NCBI GenBank assembly: GCA_027485615.1
Contig: JAIXQS010000128.1
Location: 1,846 to 65,845, forward strand
Direction of reading: 5' to 3'
Length of the DNA: 64,000 bases
DNA from: Verrucomicrobiaceae bacterium
GTDB taxonomy: Bacteria > Verrucomicrobiota > Verrucomicrobiia > Verrucomicrobiales > Akkermansiaceae
The stretch's first letter is position 1. Each line of letters starts with the position of its first letter. The notes below the pieces were generated by a model that was not told where the DNA came from, did no database searches, and saw only the letters and a list, made by a program, of their open reading frames with translations. The position numbers and the translations under genes are program-made. Shown here piece by piece: positions 26,232-33,991 of this stretch.

Positions 26232-26933
26232 ATGAAAAGCCCGCATTCCCTCCTCCTCGCTCTCCTCATATCCTTGCTGAGCCATTTCGCGCAAGCGGAC
26301 ACAGGGCGCACCTGCCGCATCGTGTTCCTTGATCGCCCTGCGGACGCGCCCAGAATCCTCCACCTTTTCGATGGCACCACTTCCCAGGAAGTCGAGCTGC
26401 CGAGCATGAACCTCTCGCCGGTGTACAAGTTCGCTCCGGACGCCACCCGGCTCAAACTCCTGACCGCCAAAGTCGAGAATCCCGAAGAAGTCCCTGCTGA
26501 CGCGCCTTCCGTCGAGATTCCAGCAGACCACACCGACATCCTCCTGCTCGTCTTCAGCGATCCGGATCACAAGATCGCACCCGTCAAACTGGAAGCGGTC
26601 AATCTGGCGGGCGAAAATTTCAAGATCGGCCAGACGCTTTGGATCAACCATACCGACCATACCATCGAAGGAAAGTTAGGCGGGCAAAACCTGTCACTCG
26701 GACCGGAAAGCTCACAAATCGCGGATGCCCCGGTCAGCGACAAAGGCGTCCCGGCTAGCGGCTACTACACTGCGAGTTTCACGTATCAAGTCGAAGAGAA
26801 GGGGATGTTTGCTCCGATCACGGAACAGAACTGGTGGCACGATGCCAAGAGTAGGCATCTGGGTTTCATAGTAAATTCAGGAAGGAAATTGCCAAAAATC
26901 TTCTTGTTCCGAGATTTCCGTAACCCGAGTTGA
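26232..26933 (+). CDS. Small secreted partner-family protein (233 aa), tandem duplicate
   Basis: Start at ATG 26232 (MKSPHSLLLALLISLLSHFAQA). RTCRIVF...LPSMNLS...ASGYY...APITEQNWWHDAKSRHLGFIVNSGRKLPKIFLFRDFRNP. Confidence 0.8.
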   Translation: MKSPHSLLLALLISLLSHFAQADTGRTCRIVFLDRPADAPRILHLFDGTTSQEVELPSMNLSPVYKFAPDATRLKLLTAKVENPEEVPADAPSVEIPADHTDILLLVFSDPDHKIAPVKLEAVNLAGENFKIGQTLWINHTDHTIEGKLGGQNLSLGPESSQIADAPVSDKGVPASGYYTASFTYQVEEKGMFAPITEQNWWHDAKSRHLGFIVNSGRKLPKIFLFRDFRNPS

Positions 26934-27046
26934 ACGGTTCGGAACCCGCAATGCCAGGCCACCCGCTGTCGAGGACATCCGTGATGCAGGCTCCCTTCAG
27001 AAGGGTTGGAATAAAGCTCCGAACGCCCTGCATCCTCTCTCAGTCC

Positions 27047-27333
27047 TCACCGCCCTCCCGCCACCGGCCCGATCGTCCCGCCGGGTACGAAAGCCGCATG
27101 GGTTTTGGTTTGGCTCACATCGACCTTTCCATGGCTCACGTGGGCTGCCCATTTGACCAGATGGCGGATCAGCGGGCGGCTGTCCCAGCGGATGTGGGAA
27201 ATGGCGGGCTGGCACCATTCGAAGTCCGGGCTGTGGTCGGTGCAGACCAAGGAAACGTCGCCGGGCGTAGCAAGCCGCCGCTGCGCCAGGAACTGGAGGG
27301 CGGCGAAGAAAAGCGGCGCTTCCTGGATGATTA
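27047..27333 (-). pseudogene. 3' fragment (~95 codons) of a LacI/GntR-type sugar-binding-domain regulator, truncated at the IS630 left end
   Basis: LATPGDVSLVCTDHSPDFEWCQPAISHIRWDSRPL resembles the (I/V)P.D(I/V)S(L/V)VGFDD... C-terminal part of periplasmic-binding-fold regulators. The first ~21 codons of ORF 27047-27397 are IS sequence. Confidence 0.5.
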
Positions 27334-28479
27334 GACTGATTGCCAAAAATAATTGCCGAAACTTCGCACAAAAGGCTGGTACGACCGTTTGATTCATCCC
27401 ATTATGGCGGATCTGCCGTCCGCGTCATCTGCCAGACCCTGAGAACTGCCCCATCGAAGAGATCGAGGCGGCCATGGATTGTTCTCCCGATGGCAAGTCC
27501 GTGAGGCGTCTCCACGCCATCCACCTTTTGCTCATCGGAGTCTCCTTCGCGCATGTCGTGCGCAACAGCCGACGCAGCGAGCGCACGGTCCGCCTCTGGG
27601 TGGAACGCTTCAACAGCATGGGGATCGACGGGCTGGTCTATCGTCCGCGGTCGGGCAGGCCCCGCAAACTGGGAGGCGAAGCCGTCGCCTCCACCATCCT
27701 GCCGGTTGTCGACGACCCGTCCCTTGCCAACCACACCCACTGGACTGTCACGAAACTCTGCGGGTGGCTGCGCGAGGAAAAGCAGCTCGACCTTTCCTAC
27801 CGCACCCTCGTGCGCTACCTCCACGAGCACGGCTACGCCAGGCGCATCCCGCGCCGCATGCCCGAGCCGCCCGACCGCGACGCATGGGAAGACCGTCGCG
27901 AAAGCTTCTGCGGAGAACTCCTCGGCATGCTCGAAGACCCCGCCTGCGAAGTCTTTTTCGGTGACGAGGCGGGCTTCGAGGGCGACCCGCGCCCGCGCCA
28001 GAAATGGGTGAAACGCGGCTCGCGGCCGACCCAGGGTTATTACGGCGGGCACGTCCGCCAGAATGTTGTCGGCGCGGTCAATCCCTCAAGCGGCCAGCTG
28101 GTGAGCCTCATCGTCCCGCACTGCGACACGGAAGTCTTCCAGGTGTTCCTCGACACCATGGCCGCCGAAGTTCCGGAAAGGGAAGGAAAGCGCGTCCTGC
28201 TGGTTCTCGACAACGCGAGCTGGCACAAGACCAAACGCCTCACCTGGCACCACATCGTCCCGGTTTTCCTGCCGCCCTACAGTCCCGACCTCAACCCCAT
28301 CGAGCGGCTCTGGCAGCATCTCAAGAGCCACTACATGGCCGGCTACATCACGAAGCGCGGGGAGGAACTCAACGACAAGCTCTTCGAATCCTTGCGAGCG
28401 TTGCTCGACCGTCCGGAAACCATCCGGTCGGCCTACCGGACTCATTCCCAGTAACGGCAACTATTTTTGGCAAACGGTC
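27334..28479 (+). mobile_element. IS630-family insertion sequence, 1146 bp, apparently intact
   Basis: 25-nt terminal inverted repeats GACTGATTGCCAAAAATAATTGCCG (27334-27358) and CGGCAACTATTTTTGGCAAACGGTC (28455-28479) match at 22/25. TA dinucleotides flank both ends (27332-27333, 28480-28481). One DDE transposase ORF. Confidence 0.85.
27474..28454 (+). CDS. IS630-family DDE transposase (326 aa)
   Basis: N-terminal HTH (RRSERTVRLWVERFNSMGIDGL), then DEAGFEGDPRPRQKWVKRG, LVLDNASWHK and LPPYSPDLNPIERLWQHLK (DDE_3 signature). A CTG at 27429 is a possible earlier start. Confidence 0.9.
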   Translation: MDCSPDGKSVRRLHAIHLLLIGVSFAHVVRNSRRSERTVRLWVERFNSMGIDGLVYRPRSGRPRKLGGEAVASTILPVVDDPSLANHTHWTVTKLCGWLREEKQLDLSYRTLVRYLHEHGYARRIPRRMPEPPDRDAWEDRRESFCGELLGMLEDPACEVFFGDEAGFEGDPRPRQKWVKRGSRPTQGYYGGHVRQNVVGAVNPSSGQLVSLIVPHCDTEVFQVFLDTMAAEVPEREGKRVLLVLDNASWHKTKRLTWHHIVPVFLPPYSPDLNPIERLWQHLKSHYMAGYITKRGEELNDKLFESLRALLDRPETIRSAYRTHSQ

Positions 28480-28527
28480 TAAATTGGATATTGGCGATTG
28501 GATATGCGGGTAAAAAAAGAATTGAGC

Positions 28528-28554
28528 CACGAAAGGCACGAACCACACGAAAAT
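28528..28554. repeat. Three CACGAA units at 9-nt period (CACGAAAGG CACGAACCA CACGAAAAT)
   Basis: Read directly from the sequence. Non-coding context between the IS end and the regulator gene stop. Confidence 0.5.
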
Positions 28555-28675
28555 GGAGGGACTAGGTTTTTCGCACGAAGCCGCGAAGCTTTCCCTCGAA
28601 GCGTATGGGGGAGCGGATCAGAATCCGCCGCTCGATGCCCCGACCCCCGGCCCCTGAGATTTGAATTTTGAATTT

Positions 28676-29869
28676 TCAAACCCTCTGCGGGAACGCCTGC
28701 TGCCTTTCCTCGCGGTATTGGGAAGGAGGCATGCCTTCGATGCGGGCGAATACCTTGTAGAAGTGGTCGGCGTTGCGGAATCCGGCGTCGATTGCGACGT
28801 CCTTCATGGGGGCGTCGGTCTCGACCATGCGGCGTTTTGCACGCTCGAGGCGAAGGCGGGTGATCTCATCGGCGATGGTGCGCCCGGCGAAGTCGCTGAA
28901 GCGTCTCTCCAAAGTGCGGCGGGTGGTGGCCACGGCGGTAGCGACGTGGTCCACCTGGATGCGGCGGTGGCTGTTTTCCGAAATGTAGCGGAGGGCGCGG
29001 GCGACGATCAGATCCTCCGAGGCGTAGACGTCGGTTGTGTGGCGGGGGACGAGTTCGGCGGGGGCGATGAGTTCAGGGGTGTCCGGCGGCTTCCCGCCTG
29101 ACAATAGGTGGTCGAGGAGGGCGGCGGCGCGGTAACCGACTTTGCCGAACCCCATGTCGATGCTGGTGAGGCCGGGTTCCGGGGAATTACAGAGTTCCGG
29201 CTCGTTGCCTGTTCCGATGATGGCGATGTCCTGGGAAATATGCAGTCCTCTCGCACGGCAGACATCGATCAGGTAGCGGCTGAAAAGGTCGCCGCAGACA
29301 AAAATGCCGATCGGCGGCTCCCAGGTGTCGATCCACGCTTCCAGTCCGACGACAAAGGCTTCCCAGCCGTGTGCGCGGCCTTCGAGCTGGATGGCGGTAA
29401 GGTGGTGGGTGGTGCAGGGGAATCCGGCGGCTTGCGTGATCCGGCGGAATCCGGCGAGCTGCTGCGCTGAATCGATGTGGCGGCGGTGGCCGAGGTATCC
29501 GAACTGGCGGAAGCCGCGCCCGATGAGGTGCTCGGCCGCCATGACGCCGGACAACTCGAAGTCCGGAAAAACGGCGGGCAAATTGCGGGCGGGCGAGTTG
29601 AGCCAGACGTTGACAAGAGGCACCCCGGCGGCACTCGCGGCGGCTGCGAGGACCGGGGTTACGCGGGCGATGATGCCGTCGTAGCCGGGCCGGCCGTCCG
29701 CACCGACCCCGAGCATGCGGTCGACGGCGGGGTTCACGCTGCTTTGCCAGCCCGCCTCGTCGGCGTATTGCTGGCAGCCCGCATACATCTGGAGGTGGCG
29801 TTTGTATGCCCACTCGAGTTCCAGCGAGATCGCGACCCGGGGTTTTGAGGCGGATGCTGGTCGTTTCAT
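28676..29869 (-). CDS. XylR-type transcriptional regulator (periplasmic-binding-like sensor domain plus AraC-family HTH)
   Basis: Start chosen at ATG 29869 (MKRPASASKPRVAISLELEW). C-terminus IVARALRYISENSHRRIQVDHVATAVATTRRTLERRF...DAGFRNADHFYKVFARIEGMPPSQYR is a typical AraC HTH. Confidence 0.85.
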   Translation of the reverse strand: MKRPASASKPRVAISLELEWAYKRHLQMYAGCQQYADEAGWQSSVNPAVDRMLGVGADGRPGYDGIIARVTPVLAAAASAAGVPLVNVWLNSPARNLPAVFPDFELSGVMAAEHLIGRGFRQFGYLGHRRHIDSAQQLAGFRRITQAAGFPCTTHHLTAIQLEGRAHGWEAFVVGLEAWIDTWEPPIGIFVCGDLFSRYLIDVCRARGLHISQDIAIIGTGNEPELCNSPEPGLTSIDMGFGKVGYRAAALLDHLLSGGKPPDTPELIAPAELVPRHTTDVYASEDLIVARALRYISENSHRRIQVDHVATAVATTRRTLERRFSDFAGRTIADEITRLRLERAKRRMVETDAPMKDVAIDAGFRNADHFYKVFARIEGMPPSQYREERQQAFPQRV

Positions 29870-30125
29870 ATGTCGGCGGAAAAGTCGGATAAGGCCGGTT
29901 CGGGTGCAAGATATTTGTCGCGTAAACGCGTAAATGATTGTGTTTTTCGGTGGGAACCTGGGCTTGGGGCTTGGGCGGCATTGGTACGGCGGGGCTTGAT
30001 CCTTCGCAGTGCCCCTCCATGGACAGCAGTCCGTAGCATTCAAAGGTCATGGATTCCGACATGGACAGACGGACTTCCGGCGAAATACCCTGCATTCGCC
30101 GCATGCAGGAATTTCAAGAACAGCA

Positions 30126-31553
30126 ATGACAACCAACGTACTGAAACGTCCCGATACACCCAAAGCCGAGTCAGCCCAAGGCGTGCTGACGCCGGAGTTT
30201 CTGGGAGAGCTACGCGGTGGATATTCGATGGGGCGCGAGGATAGGGCTTTGCACAATGCGGTGACGAACAACGCGATCGATTCGATGGCGCTGAACCGTA
30301 ATGCGGTGCGGGGCGAGGACGGGCACTTCAGCCACCGTATCAAACTTGATGGTGTGACAGATCAGAAGCAGTCGGGTCGTTGCTGGATGTTCGCAGGGCT
30401 CAACGCGCTGCGCCCGCAGGTGATCCGCGAGCACCGGATGGAATCGTTCGAGTTTTCCACGGCGTATCTGCAGTTCTGGGACAAGATCGAGAAATCGAAC
30501 CTTTACCTGGAGTCGGTCATCGAACTGCGGGATGCGGACTTCCTGGATCGCAACTGGGAGCAGGTGAACAGGAACGGCATTGAGGAGGGCGGCTGGTGGA
30601 ATTTCCTGGTGGCGCTCGTAGGGAAGTACGGCGTGGTGCCGCTTTCGGCGATGCCGGAGACAAAATCGAGTTCCGAGACCAGGACGCTCAACGAGATCCT
30701 CGGCCGCCTGCTGCGCCGTTGCGCTGCGCGGATCATGGAGCTCCACGCGGACGGCGCGGAGATGGACAGGCTGCGCGATGAGAAGGCAGCGGCATTGAAG
30801 GAGGTTTATCGGTTCCTCGCGATCAATCTCGGCGAGCCGCCGGTGGAGTTCGAGTGGCGTTTCCGGATCCGCAAGGGCGCGGACAAAACGGCGGAGGCAG
30901 AGGATTCCCCGAACGTGGAGGATGTCGGGCTGAGCGCACCGGAGACGCACACGCCACTCTCTTTCTATGGGAAATACGTCGGCTCGGCTTTGGGTGATTA
31001 CGTCTGCCTTTACAACGATCCGCACAACGAGCTGGGCAAGCATTACTGCTTTGATCGCGCCCGCAACATGGTTGGCGAGAAATGCATGGATTTCGTGAAC
31101 GTGGGCACGGACACGATGAAGGAGATCGTGAAGTCCTCCATCCTCGCCAATGAGCCGCTTTGGTTCGCAGCGAACATGAGCTTCGACCAATCCACCGAGC
31201 ACGGCTTGATGGCGGTCGATCTGTTCGATTACGCCAGCCTGTTCGGGATCGAACTAAACATCACGAAGGCGCAGCGCACACGCTTCTACTCCGGTGCCTC
31301 CAATCACGCGATGGCGTTCATCGGAGTGGATATCTCGGCAGAAGGGTCGCCGCAAAAGTGGCTGGTCGAAAACAGCTGGGGTGACACAAAAGGGAAGAAA
31401 GGCCTTTGGTCCCTGCAAGACAGTTGGTTTTCGGAGCACGTTTACACGGTCATCGCCCACAAGCGCCATGTCCCGGCGGAGATCCTCAAATGCTTCGAGG
31501 GTGAGGCGAAGGTCTTGCCGGCGTGGTATCCGGGCGCGTGTGCGGTTCTTTAA
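30126..31553 (+). CDS. pepC: Aminopeptidase C / bleomycin-hydrolase-type cysteine peptidase (C1B)
   Basis: QKQSGRCWMFAGLNALR (catalytic Cys), NHAMAFIGVD (His) and LVENSWG. Start at ATG 30126 gives 475 aa. Its TAA overlaps the stop of the convergent gene (shared TTAA). Confidence 0.9.
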   Translation: MTTNVLKRPDTPKAESAQGVLTPEFLGELRGGYSMGREDRALHNAVTNNAIDSMALNRNAVRGEDGHFSHRIKLDGVTDQKQSGRCWMFAGLNALRPQVIREHRMESFEFSTAYLQFWDKIEKSNLYLESVIELRDADFLDRNWEQVNRNGIEEGGWWNFLVALVGKYGVVPLSAMPETKSSSETRTLNEILGRLLRRCAARIMELHADGAEMDRLRDEKAAALKEVYRFLAINLGEPPVEFEWRFRIRKGADKTAEAEDSPNVEDVGLSAPETHTPLSFYGKYVGSALGDYVCLYNDPHNELGKHYCFDRARNMVGEKCMDFVNVGTDTMKEIVKSSILANEPLWFAANMSFDQSTEHGLMAVDLFDYASLFGIELNITKAQRTRFYSGASNHAMAFIGVDISAEGSPQKWLVENSWGDTKGKKGLWSLQDSWFSEHVYTVIAHKRHVPAEILKCFEGEAKVLPAWYPGACAVL

Positions 31554-33757
31554 AACGCGCCGTTCAGTTTCCGACCGACCCAGAACGTCCCAAGCAATAG
31601 GATCAGGAGCACGATGGTGGCCCAGTGGGACCAGAGGGGGATGCGGTTCTCGAGGGGGCGCGGCTCAGGGAGGGCGTCGATCTCGTCGATGAGTTCCGCG
31701 AGTTGCTCGGGGAGGATGCTGCGGGCGCGTGAGACCTTGGAGATTTCCCCGAGGGCATCCGGGCGGGCGGGTTGGCCGGTTTTCTCGATGTCCACGCCCT
31801 GGGCGAGGATGGTTGTTTCGGTCGGCAGCTCAGAGGCTCCGAAGACGGTGGCGCGGAGTTTCCATGCGCCCGGCAGATCGACCTTGAAGCGGCCGGCGTA
31901 GGAACCCCATTCGGATTCGTTTTTCTGGAGCTCGACGCGCTGGGTCTTGCCTTCCGGGGAAGTGATGTCCACGGAGACACCGCCTTCCTTGAGCGGCGCG
32001 CCGTTCGCATCGAAGGCGTTGGCGTTGAGGGTGACGGATGCGCCGGGTTCGGGGCGCTCAGGGGTGTAGAAAAGGCGCACGCGCTGGCCTGCGGCCATGT
32101 TGCGCTGGTAGGACATCCAGCGCGCTACCTGTCCCCAGAAGCGATAGTGATAAAGGTCTTCCACGCCGCGCCGCCAGCGCCATGCGGAATCGATGCCCAT
32201 AAAGAGGACTTTGCCGCTGCCCGCCGCCTTGGTTACCATGAGTGGCACCGGGCCGAAGGGGCCGCGGCGGTTTGCGTGGACGGCGAGGACTTCCGTGCCG
32301 CCCTTCGCGCGGATGACCGGGGCGTGCCAGAAAAAGCCCGGCAAGCGCCGCCAGATCTCGGGGTTTTCCTCCTCGGAATCGCCAAGCATGGTGAGCAGCG
32401 AGGCGCGGCCTTCGGTGGTGAGGTTCAGCGGGGTGGCGAGGGTTTCGGGGAAACCTTCCTTGTGTTTGTCGTCGAGCGTGACGGGGATGAGATCGGAAAG
32501 CTCGGTGTCGAGAAGCGTGAACTGGTTGCCTTGCCGACCGGGTAGGAACACGACGCCGGATGCCTGGTTTTCCACGAGTCCGCGGATCAGTGCGCATTGC
32601 TCATTCGTGAGCTGGTTTTCCCCGACACCGACATCGCCGAGCACAACGACATCGAATTTCGACAGCTCTTCCAAGGTTTCGGGAAATTGATCGATGTAAT
32701 CCGCGCCGCCGCCGGGGCCGAGCTCGGGGCGGAGCAGGAGGCAGGAAAGCTCGACGCCGGGATCGCGCGAGAGGGCGTTGCGGAGGAAGCGGTATTCCCA
32801 ACGCGGCAGGGTCTCGACGATGAGCACGCGGATGCGCTCGGGGCGGCCGGAGATGGTGAAAGCGCGGGAGTTGTTCGCCGAGACCAGCTCGCCGTCCTCG
32901 ACCGGGATGGAAAGTGTCAGCGTGGAGGAGCCTTCCTTTTCCAGGCGCCAGAGGATGGAGTCGTAGGTCTCGGCGTTGGGCGGCAGGACGATGTTTTTCG
33001 TGCGCTCGCGGCCGGACTCGTCGCGGAGGCGGACGATGGTGCGCACCTGCCGGTCGAGCGAGGAGCGGATCGTGAAAGGGATCTGCACGTTCTCACCGAC
33101 GATGCCGTAGGTCGGTGCGGTGACTGTGAGCAGGTCGAGGTCCGGAAGACGCGTCTCGCTTCCGACGGGGATGGTGAAAATGGGCACCCCGCGCAGACGG
33201 TATTTCTGCGCCGCTCCGACGGGCGGCTGGCCGAGGTTGAAATCGCCGTCGCTGAGGAGGACGACGGCGCGGAGGTTGTTTTCCTCCTGAAGGAGGTTTT
33301 CCAGCGGCTCGCCGAGGTCGGTGCCGTTGAGGCCGGATTCGGCGGGGGTGGCGAAAGGACGGGTGATCACGTCGTTCGCGCCGCCGGAGCGCAGGGGCGT
33401 CCAGAGATCGGAGGCGAGGGCTTTCTCCACCCACTCCGCGCGGGCGACGATGGAATCGGCCTGCCCGTCACCGGCAAGCGCGGCAGGCAGGCGGGCATCG
33501 AGGGTTTTCATGGAACCCGAATCATCCCATAGGATCGCAATCTGGGGTTTCGTGGTGGGATTGATGATGGTGCGCCACTCCGGCTGCCAGAGCAGCATAA
33601 CCACGATGGCGGCGATGAAAAACCGCAGGATTTCCAAGGCGGCGGTGCGGCGCGGGTGCGGGCTGCGCTTCCAGGAAACGACGCAAAGCCAAGCCACCCC
33701 GAGCAAAGCGGCGATGCCAAGCCAAAGGGTAAGGGGGGTGGGATTGAGATGAAGCAA
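31550..33757 (-). CDS. Membrane protein with a VWA-like (DxSxS) domain and a GATase1-like domain, BatA/BatB-type
   Basis: IAILWDDSGSM MIDAS-like motif, PRWEYRFLRNALSRDPGVE block, N-terminal and C-terminal TM helices. Start set at TTG 33757 (LLHLNPTPLTLWLGIAAL) because the 71 upstream codons are encoded by a palindromic repeat. Confidence 0.7.
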   Translation of the reverse strand: MLHLNPTPLTLWLGIAALLGVAWLCVVSWKRSPHPRRTAALEILRFFIAAIVVMLLWQPEWRTIINPTTKPQIAILWDDSGSMKTLDARLPAALAGDGQADSIVARAEWVEKALASDLWTPLRSGGANDVITRPFATPAESGLNGTDLGEPLENLLQEENNLRAVVLLSDGDFNLGQPPVGAAQKYRLRGVPIFTIPVGSETRLPDLDLLTVTAPTYGIVGENVQIPFTIRSSLDRQVRTIVRLRDESGRERTKNIVLPPNAETYDSILWRLEKEGSSTLTLSIPVEDGELVSANNSRAFTISGRPERIRVLIVETLPRWEYRFLRNALSRDPGVELSCLLLRPELGPGGGADYIDQFPETLEELSKFDVVVLGDVGVGENQLTNEQCALIRGLVENQASGVVFLPGRQGNQFTLLDTELSDLIPVTLDDKHKEGFPETLATPLNLTTEGRASLLTMLGDSEEENPEIWRRLPGFFWHAPVIRAKGGTEVLAVHANRRGPFGPVPLMVTKAAGSGKVLFMGIDSAWRWRRGVEDLYHYRFWGQVARWMSYQRNMAAGQRVRLFYTPERPEPGASVTLNANAFDANGAPLKEGGVSVDITSPEGKTQRVELQKNESEWGSYAGRFKVDLPGAWKLRATVFGASELPTETTILAQGVDIEKTGQPARPDALGEISKVSRARSILPEQLAELIDEIDALPEPRPLENRIPLWSHWATIVLLILLLGTFWVGRKLNGAF

Positions 33758-33831
33758 AGGCGTTCGCGGGAAGGTGCGCCCATTCCCTAGCCGATGCGCG
33801 CGGCGAGAGCAAGGGGGGATGATGGGTCTTC

Positions 33832-33991
33832 GGGGAGCACACGCGCCCCCGCGTCTCGCGGAGTGCGCCCTCGCTCTCCGTCGGTCGGAAAGACCATTCG
33901 CGCCGCATAGCCGAATCAACGCCCGCCCTATCTCAAGCCAAGTTTCCGGCGGGGGCGCCGGAAACAACACGCGAGGGCGCGTGTGCTCCCC
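33832..33991. repeat. Palindromic intergenic element: 23-nt inverted repeats (22/23) enclosing ~114 nt with an internal 9-bp hairpin
   Basis: GGGGAGCACACGCGCCCCCGCGT (33832-33854) pairs with ACGCGAGGGCGCGTGTGCTCCCC (33969-33991). Inner hairpin TTTCCGGCG-GGGG-CGCCGGAAA lies at 33943-33964. Confidence 0.7.

Noticed and set aside
27332-28481. TA dinucleotides at both IS ends as proof of a simple insertion with target-site duplication
   Set aside because: IS630 always inserts at TA, and the regulator frame does not continue across the empty site, so the flanks do not establish an undisturbed insertion.
27402-28513. Alternative ORFs within the IS (27402-28052 minus; 27479-27964, 27553-28011 and 28004-28513 plus), considered as a two-ORF frameshifting transposase
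   Set aside because: The single 326-aa frame already contains the HTH through the complete DDE_3 signature. The alternatives are Arg/Pro-rich out-of-frame products.
28479-28679. 66-aa minus ORF (…PPFSCGSCLSWLNSFF…) between the IS and the XylR-like gene
   Set aside because: It is the translation of the CACGAA-period repeat and heptamer array. It has no start context or plausible fold.
33758-33970. ATG at 33970 as the start of the VWA membrane protein (806-aa version)
   Set aside because: The extra 71 codons are encoded by the palindromic repeat and overlap the aminotransferase 3' end. A TTG at 33757 gives a typical N-terminal double-TM-type opening. The start remains uncertain.
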